Shown here: piece by piece, positions 44,073 to 53,878 of the stretch
Layout of the letters: every line of letters starts with the position of its first letter
Numbering within the stretch: the stretch's first letter is position 1
DNA from: a virus
Length of the DNA stretch: 64,000 nucleotides
Strand: one strand, 5' to 3'
IMG/VR virus record: IMGVR_UViG_3300032282_005588
Coordinates: 1-64,000 of that record
Translations under genes and position numbers: made by a program
Notes under the pieces: model-generated
Told to the model about the DNA's origin: nothing
What the model saw: only the letters and a program-made list of their open reading frames with translations
Databases searched by the model: none

Positions 44073-44848
44073 AAATATTAATTACAGGAGGTGAAGGTTA
44101 TGTAGCAAAAAGTTTATATAATGCTTTTAAAGATAAATATAATGTTACTTCTATAAGTCGAAAAGATTTTGATTTAACTGGTTTTGAAGCGATGAATAAG
44201 TTTTTTCAAGGAAAATATTTTGATACAGTCATTCATTGTGCTGTTGTGGGAGGTAGCAGACTAAAAATAGATTCATATAAAGATATGGATATTAATTTAT
44301 CTATGTATTATAATCTTCTTCAACATAAATCTCATTTTAATAGATTAATACATTTTGGTTCAGGAGCAGAAATACATAACTCAGAATCACCATATGGTTT
44401 AAGTAAAAGAATAATAGCTAAATCAATATCAGAAATAGATAATTTTTATAATATAAGAATATATGGGCTGTTTGATGAAAATGAATGGGATACTAGGTTC
44501 ATTAAAGCATGTATTAAAAAATATATCAATAAAGAACCAATGCTAATTCAAGATAAGAAAATGTCTTTTTTTTATATGAAAGATTTAATAACATTAGTAG
44601 AATATCATATTTTAACTTCTTCTGATTCATTATTAAAAGAAAGTAATTGTGCATATATTAATTTAACTTCTTTATTAGATATAGCTAATATTATAAATGA
44701 ATTAGATGATTATAAAGTTCCTATTTATATGGATATACAAACAGGTAAAAATTATGAATCAAATTTTAATGTTCCTTATGGATTAAAATATATTGGATTA
44801 AAACAAGGAATTATAGAAACATATAATAAATTAAAAAATGAACATTAA
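44069..44848 (+). CDS. NAD-dependent epimerase/reductase
   Basis: ITGGEGYV, FGSGAE, YGLSK. Confidence 0.8.
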   Translation: MKILITGGEGYVAKSLYNAFKDKYNVTSISRKDFDLTGFEAMNKFFQGKYFDTVIHCAVVGGSRLKIDSYKDMDINLSMYYNLLQHKSHFNRLIHFGSGAEIHNSESPYGLSKRIIAKSISEIDNFYNIRIYGLFDENEWDTRFIKACIKKYINKEPMLIQDKKMSFFYMKDLITLVEYHILTSSDSLLKESNCAYINLTSLLDIANIINELDDYKVPIYMDIQTGKNYESNFNVPYGLKYIGLKQGIIETYNKLKNEH

Positions 44849-45749
44849 AATAATATATCATATAATGCCTTGGGAAATAGACTATGCTCTATTAACCTTT
44901 ACTCAATTAAAAAAATCTAAATATTATTTATCAAAAGATGATAATATCTCAATTGAGACTGTTTTGAATTTATCTTCATATATTATTGATTGGGAAAAAA
45001 GTAAACTACCAAAAGAATTTTTTATTGAAAAATATAATCAAATTTCTAATTTATTAATAGATTATAACCATATAAAAAGAATATATGATGGTGATAAACT
45101 TTATGGACACCTGAATCTTCAAAGAGAATGCATTTCAACTGAAATTGACTATTATATGACTATATGTCCTGATATGTATTTTAGTGAGTATTCATTATCA
45201 TATATGATTGAGGGTGCTAAAACTATTAAAAATAAGCATTTTGTAATTACTCCTCAAATTTCCAAACTTTGGGATAACACATGGGATATATTAGTTAATC
45301 CTTTATATAATGATAAATCATATGAAAATTGGTTTGAAACAGATATATTTGATATAATATATAATGATTCTTTAGATTCATCTATAATTTTGACTCCCAT
45401 TAATCAAAGTAAATATGCTGGGTGGTTTGATTTATATAGTAAAGAATTTTACGAAAACTTAGTTCCTGTTTGGGATGAATGGGAAGGATATGGATCTTGG
45501 GATTGGTATACTTTGTTAGTAACAGAAAAATATAAACAATTCGGAGGAGATTTTCAACAATATCTTTTAGAAGGAAAAACTATATTTGAATATTCTATTG
45601 GTCCTCTTAAAGAAGGATTTGGTTTTTATTATAAAAACTTTTTACATTTAAATGATATACCTGACCAAAAAGAAAATTTTAAAAAGAAAATTGTTGAATA
45701 TGCCAATATCAGATTAAATCAATTACTAAATAAATCAATTACTAAATGA
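44838..45749 (+). CDS. putative GT-A fold glycosyltransferase
   Basis: CPD motif and GYGSWD; glycan island context. Confidence 0.5.
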   Translation: MNIKIIYHIMPWEIDYALLTFTQLKKSKYYLSKDDNISIETVLNLSSYIIDWEKSKLPKEFFIEKYNQISNLLIDYNHIKRIYDGDKLYGHLNLQRECISTEIDYYMTICPDMYFSEYSLSYMIEGAKTIKNKHFVITPQISKLWDNTWDILVNPLYNDKSYENWFETDIFDIIYNDSLDSSIILTPINQSKYAGWFDLYSKEFYENLVPVWDEWEGYGSWDWYTLLVTEKYKQFGGDFQQYLLEGKTIFEYSIGPLKEGFGFYYKNFLHLNDIPDQKENFKKKIVEYANIRLNQLLNKSITK

Positions 45750-46582
45750 ATCAAATAATAATAGCAGCTCCTTGTTATAATGAATCTGTTGGAGGAATAG
45801 TAGTTCAACATAAATTATGTCATATTCTAAATGAATTAGGATATAATTCCTCATTAACTACTACCTTAAAATTAAGTGGTCAAACTGAGTTTTTTGTATT
45901 AAATGAAAATCAAAATACAAAAATAGCAACAAATTTTGATCCTAAAGAAGATATTATTATATATCCTGAGATAGAACCTGGGAATCCATTCGGAGGTAAA
46001 AATGTCGTAAGATGGATATTAAATGATTATCATTTACCTGAAAAGGATAATACAATTAGTACTTGGGATGAAAAAGATTATTGGTTATATTATGATGATA
46101 TGTTTTATGATGGATTAAAAGAAAAAAATATTTTATGTGTGCGAGAAACCAAATTAAATATTTTTAAAAATTATAATTTAGAAAGGAAATTCAAAGCATG
46201 TTTCACATATAGAAAAAATCATCACCTAAGATCTATATTACCAATAATACATCCTGATAATTCAATTGAAATACCTCATATAATATCTGATGAAGAATTA
46301 GTTAGTATCTTTAATTCATGTGAGAAATTTTATAGTTATGATACTGAAACATATCTAAATGAACTTGCAGCATTATGTGGATGTGAAAGTATTATTGTAC
46401 CCCATAAAGATGCTAAGTTCAATCCTGTTCCAAGATGGGGGATAGCTTATGGGATTGAAAATATTCAATTTGCTTTAGATACCCGTGAAAAATTAATAGA
46501 AACACTAACTCAACAAGAAACTGATAATTATTCTAATACTAGAATGGCTTTTGAAAAAATATTTAAATATTTTAACTTATGA
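45746..46582 (+). CDS. putative glycosyltransferase (WavQ-like)
   Basis: GGIVV.HKLC, IYPE..GNP...VVRWIL, YD..TYL..AALCGC. Confidence 0.6.
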   Translation: MNQIIIAAPCYNESVGGIVVQHKLCHILNELGYNSSLTTTLKLSGQTEFFVLNENQNTKIATNFDPKEDIIIYPEIEPGNPFGGKNVVRWILNDYHLPEKDNTISTWDEKDYWLYYDDMFYDGLKEKNILCVRETKLNIFKNYNLERKFKACFTYRKNHHLRSILPIIHPDNSIEIPHIISDEELVSIFNSCEKFYSYDTETYLNELAALCGCESIIVPHKDAKFNPVPRWGIAYGIENIQFALDTREKLIETLTQQETDNYSNTRMAFEKIFKYFNL

Positions 46583-47307
46583 AAATTATATACAGAATTT
46601 CAGATATAGGATACTCTAAAGTAAAACCAGATTATATTAATAATGAAAATTGTTTAAAAAACTTTGTTCATATATTTGGTAATCAAAATCTTCAAGTTAT
46701 AGCAGATAATTGTAGTAAAGAAACACTACAAATGATTACTAAATATGTCCACCCACATAGTATAACAAATGTATCAGTAGGACATGGAGCAGGAACATTT
46801 AACTTAGCCTTAGATATGGCTTTAAAAGGATTAGATGATGAAATAATTTATTTTGTAGAAAATGATTATATTCATATGCAAGGATCCCCAGAAATTTTAG
46901 AAGAAGGATTTGAATTAGGAGCATCATATATGACTTTATATCTTCATCCTGATAAATTTATTCCTCCATTTAGTGGTGGAAATCCAGAAGTAGATCAAGA
47001 TGGAGGATATATGACTAAAATCTTTAGAGGTGAAACTCAATTATTTGGAATGTTCAACAGCACAACTATGACATTTGCTGCTAAAGTAAAAACATTAAAA
47101 GAAGATGAAGCAATATTAAGAAAATATACAAATGGAACTCATCCAAATGACTTTCCTATGTTTTTAGAATTAAGAGATAAAGGTAGCGCTTTATTATGTC
47201 CTTTGAATACATTTAGTACTCATGCTGAAACAGCTTGGTTAGCACCATTATATAAAGTAAAACAAGAAAATTTAATTGAAGAATGGAAAACACACCTATT
47301 TCAGTAA
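46579..47307 (+). CDS. GT2-like glycosyltransferase
   Basis: IYFVENDYIH, STTMTFA. Confidence 0.65.
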   Translation: MKIIYRISDIGYSKVKPDYINNENCLKNFVHIFGNQNLQVIADNCSKETLQMITKYVHPHSITNVSVGHGAGTFNLALDMALKGLDDEIIYFVENDYIHMQGSPEILEEGFELGASYMTLYLHPDKFIPPFSGGNPEVDQDGGYMTKIFRGETQLFGMFNSTTMTFAAKVKTLKEDEAILRKYTNGTHPNDFPMFLELRDKGSALLCPLNTFSTHAETAWLAPLYKVKQENLIEEWKTHLFQ

Positions 47308-48044
47308 TTATACCTACATTTCGCAGTCCAGAATCTCTTGATTTATGCTTACGTTCTGCTATTGAAGGACAACAAAACAAAAATCAAATTGTTGTTGTTG
47401 TAGATGGTCATTATGATCTTAATAAAGAAGTGCTTGAAAAACATGTAAAATCAATTGATATACTTAATTTAGAACAAAATGTAGGATTATGTCGAGCTAC
47501 TAATTTAGGTGTATATAACGCAAAGTATGACCGAATTTTAATAGTAAATGACGATAATATATTTCCATTAAATTGGGATATAAAACTATTAAAAGATTAT
47601 ACTCCCAACTCAGTTATATCACCAAATCAAATTGAACCTACACCAAGTATATTTAAACAATTCCATATTAAAGATTGTGGACGTGATCCTAAAACATTTA
47701 GTTTAGAGAATTATTGGAAATACGAAGAACCACTACGTGGACTTTTCCCTGATGAAACAGGTTCAACACTCCCAATATTCATGTCTAAAATAGATTATTT
47801 AAAAGTAGGTGGATGGGATGAAAATTATGAACAAGGAATGGTTGCCGATTGTGATTTTTTCCTTAAATGTAGATTAAATGGAATGAAAATGTTAAGAACA
47901 TATAATTCCCACTTTTATCATTTTGCATCTGTTTCAGTTAATGGAGAAAAAAGAATGTTAGCTGAACAAACAGGACATGAATATTTCAAATATAAATGGA
48001 GTGGATATATGAGAAGAGATCAAAACAATAATATAATTTATTAA
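47283..48044 (+). CDS. GT2 glycosyltransferase
   Basis: ISVIIPT, VVVDG, NLG, VNDD, GGWDE. Confidence 0.85.
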   Translation: MENTPISVIIPTFRSPESLDLCLRSAIEGQQNKNQIVVVVDGHYDLNKEVLEKHVKSIDILNLEQNVGLCRATNLGVYNAKYDRILIVNDDNIFPLNWDIKLLKDYTPNSVISPNQIEPTPSIFKQFHIKDCGRDPKTFSLENYWKYEEPLRGLFPDETGSTLPIFMSKIDYLKVGGWDENYEQGMVADCDFFLKCRLNGMKMLRTYNSHFYHFASVSVNGEKRMLAEQTGHEYFKYKWSGYMRRDQNNNIIY

Positions 48045-48073
48045 TTCAAAATATTTATAATTAAAAAATAATT

Positions 48074-48388
48074 ATGGGACAAACTAAAAAATCTCTCCCT
48101 CATAATATTGATCTATTTTTCATTTCAGAAAATGAATTAGATCAATTATTACATAATGATGAATTTAAAGAAATTCTTATAAAAGAATCATATAAGGCTA
48201 TATTAAAATCTATTAGGAGAAAAACTTTAAAAGCAACTATTGTTACTATAAACAATTTAGGAGTTTCTATAAATGTTGATAAAAAAGATTTTAAACCAAT
48301 ATTAGAAAAAGCTATCAAATATTTTGAAATAGATGAAAATTATAATGAATGTTCTAAAATAATTAAACTAATTAAAAAGTTATCATGA
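48074..48388 (+). CDS. hypothetical protein (paralogue of 49714)
   Basis: C-terminal YFE..ENYNECSKI helix motif. Confidence 0.6.
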   Translation: MGQTKKSLPHNIDLFFISENELDQLLHNDEFKEILIKESYKAILKSIRRKTLKATIVTINNLGVSINVDKKDFKPILEKAIKYFEIDENYNECSKIIKLIKKLS

Positions 48389-48549
48389 AAAAATATATAT
48401 TTTGTTACAAGTCTAACCCCAATGAAATAATTGGAATAGCACCAGCGGCTAAATTAGAAGCAGCTATAGATTATTTTGCATCTATAAAACAACTTCATCC
48501 AGGAGATTTTTTAAAAATATTTGACGTTAAAGAATATGAGCGAAAATAA
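48385..48549 (+). CDS. small hypothetical protein (not in ORF track)
   Basis: 54 aa MKKYIFCYKS..., ATGA overlap with upstream gene. Confidence 0.55.
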   Translation: MKKYIFCYKSNPNEIIGIAPAAKLEAAIDYFASIKQLHPGDFLKIFDVKEYERK

Positions 48550-48940
48550 TAAAATTAAAGATATCTTTGAAAAAGTATTAGGAACTAATATTGAAATAGA
48601 AGATATAAAAACTAATGGTCTTAGTGATAAAGAAACATTCACCAGTTTTATAAATATGTTTGATGATGTAAATCAAATAGATAATGATGTATATGAAATG
48701 TTTAGTATGGATTTATCATCAATAACGAGTCCATATAATATATTAATTGAGAGTTTACTTTTAGTAATATATCCTCCAGGAATAGTTGAACTTATATTGT
48801 GGTATATATATGACAGAAGAACACCAGAAGGAGAAATAAATCTCTTAGAGGATGAAACAGGAAAAAAATATAAACTTAAAAATTCTAATGATTTATGGAA
48901 TTTCCTCCAAAAACTTAAAATAAGTAATGAGACAAGCTAA
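48536..48940 (+). CDS. hypothetical protein
   Basis: ATG at 48536; operonic. Confidence 0.6.
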   Translation: MSENNKIKDIFEKVLGTNIEIEDIKTNGLSDKETFTSFINMFDDVNQIDNDVYEMFSMDLSSITSPYNILIESLLLVIYPPGIVELILWYIYDRRTPEGEINLLEDETGKKYKLKNSNDLWNFLQKLKISNETS

Positions 48941-49580
48941 ACCAATATCTAAAGAAATGTGTTTAGATGCTATGAATAAAACTAGATCAATTAAGGCAGC
49001 AGCTAGATATTTAAATTGTTCATATCAGCATTTAAAACCTTATATGAAAATGTATATAGATGAAAATTCTGGAAAGAGTTTATTTGAAATACATAAAAAT
49101 CAAGCAGGTAAGGGTATATATAAATATCTAAGATATAGTCCTAAAAAACAATTAGCACTGAGTGATTTAATGGAGGGTAAAATAGATTCATCACATTATG
49201 ATCCTCAAAAAATTAAATTTAGATTATTTGAAGAAGGATTTCTTAAGGAAGAATGTGGTGTTTGTGGTTTTCATGATAGAAGATTATTAGATTATAAAGT
49301 ACCTGTTTTATTACATTTTAAAGATGAAAATAGACAAAATTATAAATTAACTAATTTAGAAATATTATGTTATAATTGTTATTTTTTAATATGTGGTGAT
49401 ATTTTTAATAAAAAGGATATAATATCTATAGAGGGTAAAAATGATGTTAATAGTGTAACAATTGCATCAGATTTTCAAATGGATGATTACCATATTCAAA
49501 GATTAAAGGATATCGGTATGTGGGGAGAAGATAATGATGAGGATGATAGTCCATATTCGTTAGTTAGTAGAAAAAAATGA
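48927..49580 (+). CDS. HTH + HNH-like Zn-finger protein
   Basis: SIKAAARYLNCSY; CGVCG...HFKD...NLEILCYNC. Confidence 0.7.
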   Translation: MRQAKPISKEMCLDAMNKTRSIKAAARYLNCSYQHLKPYMKMYIDENSGKSLFEIHKNQAGKGIYKYLRYSPKKQLALSDLMEGKIDSSHYDPQKIKFRLFEEGFLKEECGVCGFHDRRLLDYKVPVLLHFKDENRQNYKLTNLEILCYNCYFLICGDIFNKKDIISIEGKNDVNSVTIASDFQMDDYHIQRLKDIGMWGEDNDEDDSPYSLVSRKK

Positions 49581-49713
49581 AACATAAGAAACACGATAAA
49601 ATATTAAGAGATTTTGATTCACAAAAATCCAAAAATCTTGAAAAATTAGCCACTAAAATGTTAGATAGAGATGAAAAAAATCAAAAATTAAAAAGGAAAT
49701 TCACTAATACGAA

Positions 49714-50025
49714 ATGGCTAGATATATTTTAAAAGAAGATCAATTTATTTTTGAAACAATAAATGATTTTGAAAGAGCAATTGAGGAAGGTGATTTTGAA
49801 ATATCTAAAATTATAGTTGAAACTATACTAAGTAATTTAAATACTAAAAAGAAAAACATTTATGTAATGAATTTTTACATAGAAGAAACAGAAGAATCAA
49901 TTGACTTTACAGTGCTAAGAAGTAACTTTTCAGAAGTTTTAGAAAAAAATTTAAAATTTTATGAAAAAGAAGAATTATATGAAATGTGTTCCGTCATTCA
50001 AAAAACAATAGAATTATTGAAATAA
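49714..50025 (+). CDS. hypothetical protein (paralogue of 48074)
   Basis: FYEKEELYEMCSVI. Confidence 0.6.
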   Translation: MARYILKEDQFIFETINDFERAIEEGDFEISKIIVETILSNLNTKKKNIYVMNFYIEETEESIDFTVLRSNFSEVLEKNLKFYEKEELYEMCSVIQKTIELLK

Positions 50026-50222
50026 AACACAAATATAACAAAAAAACTATCACAAGGATCTTGGCTACCCAGGATCCTTTACTTATATTTATAATGTAAT
50101 GGAAAATGAGAAAATTAAAATTAATGGTTTAAATATTCGTCATGTTGCCGCTATTGTACGACGAAACATGATCACTAAAACAAAACCATCAGATAAAGTC
50201 TATAACAGAAAAAAATCAAAAT

Positions 50223-50525
50223 ATGACTGAGAAGAAAGGATTTACGGGGCAACTTCGTTATGAATTTGATACATCTAAAAATTTAGAAATATTGCTCCCT
50301 AGTAATAAATGGCATAGAGTAATACCAAATGAATTTCGTTCATTTAATGGAAAAAGACGAATAACAACATATTTAAAAAACGATCCAATATACTCCGATT
50401 ATAATGGTCCTATTTATTTATTTAAAACAAACCAAATAATTAAAAATCCTACCAAACAAGGTCTTCAGTACATTAATGATGAATTACCTATATCAAAACC
50501 TCGATTATTTGAAAAGTTAAATTAA
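50223..50525 (+). CDS. hypothetical protein
   Basis: 100 aa, WHRV...EFRSFNG.RRI. Confidence 0.6.
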   Translation: MTEKKGFTGQLRYEFDTSKNLEILLPSNKWHRVIPNEFRSFNGKRRITTYLKNDPIYSDYNGPIYLFKTNQIIKNPTKQGLQYINDELPISKPRLFEKLN

Positions 50526-50603
50526 TTATAAAAACTTTTTTAAAAATGTGCGGTGGAAAATGTAATTTCAAATATTTATATATAAATAAAACTATTTATT
50601 AAT

Positions 50604-50957
50604 ATGGAACAAAATAAAAAATTAAAGAACTTCATAAAAACTACAATAAGAGAGTTTTTGAATGAAGGTGATATAAATTGGAGTAAAGAAAAATCATGGA
50701 AGATAAAAGACCAATTTCCAATTGAAGTATTTGTTGAAAAGAGTTGGACTGGTAAATATTATGTTGTGAAAGTTCCAACTATGAGTATGAGTTATGAAAC
50801 ATATATGGATTTAGATAATTTTGGTAAAGTAGATATTTCAACCTATGATTATGAAAATGGTGAAGCGAAATTCACTTCATATACATTAGATGATATAAAA
50901 GAATGGGGTGAAAAAAATAAAGATAGAATTACTATTAATTATTCAAAGGTTAGATAG
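50604..50957 (+). CDS. hypothetical protein flanked by an inverted repeat
   Basis: N-terminal FIKTTIREFLNE; ATATTTAT upstream; AAAACTTTTTTAAAAAT / ATTTTTAAAAAGTTTT flanks. Confidence 0.6.
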   Translation: MEQNKKLKNFIKTTIREFLNEGDINWSKEKSWKIKDQFPIEVFVEKSWTGKYYVVKVPTMSMSYETYMDLDNFGKVDISTYDYENGEAKFTSYTLDDIKEWGEKNKDRITINYSKVR

Positions 50958-51042
50958 ATTTTTAAAAAGTTTTCATCTCTAAACTTAATTTGAAACACGA
51001 ATGTAGTATTGTGTATAATATTTATTATAAAACAAACAATGT

Positions 51043-51396
51043 ATGTTAATAATAAAAACCAAATTAGATAATTCATCAATTCATGGAATTGGGTTGTTTT
51101 CATTAGAAAAAATAGAAAAAGAACAAGTCATTGCTGAATTGAGTGAATTTGATATTAAAATTAAAAAAGATGATGTTCCACAAAAACATATTGAAATGTT
51201 TGAGTTTTATTTTGGTGTTGAAAAAGATTGTTATCAAACATATTTTGACAACATGCGTTTTATGAATCATTCAGATTATCCAAATTGTATTGACGCAAAA
51301 AATGGTTTATGTATTGCTATTAAAGATATCGAAATAGGTAAAGAACTTACTTGCGATTATTCTTTTTTTTGTGATTTATGGGAAAATATTGATTAA
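51043..51396 (+). CDS. SET-domain protein (putative lysine methyltransferase)
   Basis: SIHGIGLF, RFMNHS..PN, AIKDI..G.ELT.DY. Confidence 0.85.
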   Translation: MLIIKTKLDNSSIHGIGLFSLEKIEKEQVIAELSEFDIKIKKDDVPQKHIEMFEFYFGVEKDCYQTYFDNMRFMNHSDYPNCIDAKNGLCIAIKDIEIGKELTCDYSFFCDLWENID

Positions 51397-51421
51397 ATAT
51401 TAATTTTTTTTTCATTTTTAT

Positions 51422-51452
51422 TAGGAATATCGAAATAAGTTTATTACCTTTG
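51422..51452 (+). promoter_or_regulatory. Bacteroidota-type promoter upstream of the cassette array
   Basis: TAGG-N19-TACCTTTG, matching the TAnnTTTG -7 consensus. Confidence 0.55.
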
Positions 51453-51465
51453 AAAAAAAATAGAT

Positions 51466-51639
51466 ATGAAAGAAATAAATTTGAAACTTGAAACAAAGAA
51501 AGTGGAGTGCGAAACCATTTCAATAAAAACTGCGATAGTGGTTGAAGAAGGAACACCAGAAATAGTTATACCGAAAAAGATTAGAAAAGAGGTTGAGAAA
51601 CTTTTGATTGATGAACTTAAAATCTCAAAACAAAAATAA
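51466..51639 (+). CDS. small hypothetical protein (not in ORF track)
   Basis: 57 aa MKEINLKLETKKVEC... between the promoter and the first TAAC site. Confidence 0.55.
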   Translation: MKEINLKLETKKVECETISIKTAIVVEEGTPEIVIPKKIRKEVEKLLIDELKISKQK

Positions 51640-51738
51640 CATTTCATATAACGGTTGCAAATAAAACATCGTTTTAATGTGTTTTATTTGTTGTTATGTT
51701 TTAGTTTTAAAAATTTTATACAAATAAAAAATAAATAT

Positions 51739-52107
51739 ATGGAAACAAAAAAAGCAGAAATAGAAATAAAAAACTTACTTGATAGTGGTTTAAGTTTTGA
51801 ATATGATTTTGATTACAATAATGTAAATAAAGTTAATTTAGCAATTAACAGAGAAGGATATTCTATAAAAGATATTATTTCAAAACTTAAACAAGGTGAG
51901 AAAATTACTTTTATGATAAATGATGGTGAAACTTGGAATGAAAAACAAGGCAATGAAAGTAAGTTTTTATACAATGAAAAATATGATGGTTCTATTTATT
52001 GGGAACACAAAACTTATGGTGATTGGGTAAGGGTTGATAGCAATATGGGTTCGTTACAAGAATGGTCAAAAGAATTAAATGATAAGTTTTGTATAAAACA
52101 ATCATAA
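51739..52107 (+). CDS. cassette A hypothetical protein
   Basis: ATG at 51739, inside unit 51652-52128. Confidence 0.65.
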   Translation: METKKAEIEIKNLLDSGLSFEYDFDYNNVNKVNLAINREGYSIKDIISKLKQGEKITFMINDGETWNEKQGNESKFLYNEKYDGSIYWEHKTYGDWVRVDSNMGSLQEWSKELNDKFCIKQS

Positions 52108-52170
52108 AATTTTTAAAATTAAACATAACGGTTGCGGATATATGAATGTAAAAAATTAATAATTAGAAAG

Positions 52171-52500
52171 ATGATAACAATACAAAATTTAACGGAATTA
52201 GGTTTTAGTGAGATACTTGATATATTCACTGGAAAACAAGTTTGGGTTTTAGGTGAAGAAGATACGGAGATATGTGGAAACCCCTGTAGATTACCAATAT
52301 TATATTACAACATAGAAACTCAAACTTGTAAAGTAGTTAGGGGTGAATTTTGTGTTGTTCAACGAGAATGTAAATCGGAGGAAGAAATTAGAAAGTTTGT
52401 AGAATCTATTAATTTTTTATTTCATATATCCGTTGTTATAAATAGTAAATTAAAATGGTATCAAAAATTGATTGGTGCATTTAAGAACAGAAGATTTTAA
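52171..52500 (+). CDS. cassette B hypothetical protein
   Basis: ATG at 52171; reads through the GTTA core (FHISVVIN). Confidence 0.65.
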   Translation: MITIQNLTELGFSEILDIFTGKQVWVLGEEDTEICGNPCRLPILYYNIETQTCKVVRGEFCVVQRECKSEEEIRKFVESINFLFHISVVINSKLKWYQKLIGAFKNRRF

Positions 52501-52569
52501 TTTATTGTTTATAACGGTTACAGATATATGTAGTTTTTTTCTTAAATTGAAACACAAAACTTAAATAAT

Positions 52570-52791
52570 ATGAACAAAGATAATAAGAACACGGAAGTTG
52601 ATAACACAGATAAAAAATTACATATATCTGATGTTATGAAACGTATTGACGAACTGATAGATGAATATAAACAAGCGAAAATTAATATAGACACGTGTAC
52701 AGATGACTTTGAATGGAATAATTTAGATAGAAGGATAAGTCATTTAAAACGCTTGTTTATAGAAATTGGTGTATGGAAATATGTTTCATAA
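52570..52791 (+). CDS. cassette C hypothetical protein
   Basis: Reads through the GTTA core (KLHISDVM); its stop codon is the TAA of TAAC. Confidence 0.65.
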   Translation: MNKDNKNTEVDNTDKKLHISDVMKRIDELIDEYKQAKINIDTCTDDFEWNNLDRRISHLKRLFIEIGVWKYVS

Positions 52792-52887
52792 CGATTGGGT
52801 ATATATGAAGTACCTAACGATAAACTTAAATAATTAGTAGAAACTTTATGAGGTATTTCATATATACCTTGTTATAAAACGTTTATT

Positions 52888-53130
52888 ATGAGATTTAAAA
52901 AATTGATTTATAAAAATTTCTTTGGAGAATACAACATTTTGATAACCATAACAGATGATGGTAAAACACCACACAGAGACACATTAATTCCAGATAGGGA
53001 AATATATAATTCACATATTTGGATTCACGATAATATTGTAAAAAAGAATCACACAAGAAAAGAAATTTTTATTCTTGATTCTATTGTGAGTGATGACGAA
53101 CTTAAAAGTGTTCTTGGAAATGTTTTATAA
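52888..53130 (+). CDS. cassette D hypothetical protein
   Basis: Its stop codon is the TAA of TAAC. Confidence 0.65.
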   Translation: MRFKKLIYKNFFGEYNILITITDDGKTPHRDTLIPDREIYNSHIWIHDNIVKKNHTRKEIFILDSIVSDDELKSVLGNVL

Positions 53131-53245
53131 CGTTTTGCACATAAGCGAAGGCACAAATTGCGTTGGCATTGTGCGGTTGGATTTGGGCTTTTGCTTATGT
53201 GCTGTTAGCAGTAGTACGGATTATTAACAAATAAATATAAATAGA

Positions 53246-53467
53246 ATGAGAATTTATCAATTAAGAACAGCAAAAGAGTTTTACAACTCAATTAAAGGAA
53301 ACTTCACAACAGAAGAATTAATGCAAATGTATGCAGAAGATGTAGCAAAAAGATTTGCTGCTGAATGTGTAAATGAGGCACTCGGTAATAAGATGGAAGT
53401 GTCAAACTCTTTGCATCACGCAATAGAAGGAAAGTACAAATCTATCATTTGGGAGAACGAAGGTTAG
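53246..53467 (+). CDS. cassette E hypothetical protein
   Basis: Lies between GTTAGCAGTAGTAC and GTATTACTGCTAAC. Confidence 0.65.
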   Translation: MRIYQLRTAKEFYNSIKGNFTTEELMQMYAEDVAKRFAAECVNEALGNKMEVSNSLHHAIEGKYKSIIWENEG

Positions 53468-53545
53468 TATTACTGCTAACGGTCGGGTATTGTTGTCTGT
53501 TGGCGACTTAAACCACAAATGTTAAATTGAAAAACAAAATTAGAT

Positions 53546-53878
53546 ATGAGTACAAAAGTTAAATCGAAGCACAAAACCGCCAATAGCAACAATACCTTGT
53601 TATCGGCTGCCTTTCTTATTAGCAAGGGCTTCAAGTTGGTAGAAGAAAGTCAAAGTCCGTTTGAAAATTTCAAAATGGATTATTTTGTAAAAGAAGGGGT
53701 ACTGCTTTTTTTCAATACGCCTGTAACCGAATGGAACGAAAATGATTTCCTTGTTGGATGTGCTGAAATGAGATGTGGGAAGTATTACGTTGTTGCTTTT
53801 AGGTGGATAAAAGAGCAAAAAGATATTATTGAAATTTACAAATCGGTAAAAGGTAAGGATTTGGATGGTGTCGGTTAA
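53546..53878 (+). CDS. cassette F hypothetical protein
   Basis: Reads through the GTTA core (NNTLLSAA). Confidence 0.65.
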   Translation: MSTKVKSKHKTANSNNTLLSAAFLISKGFKLVEESQSPFENFKMDYFVKEGVLLFFNTPVTEWNENDFLVGCAEMRCGKYYVVAFRWIKEQKDIIEIYKSVKGKDLDGVG

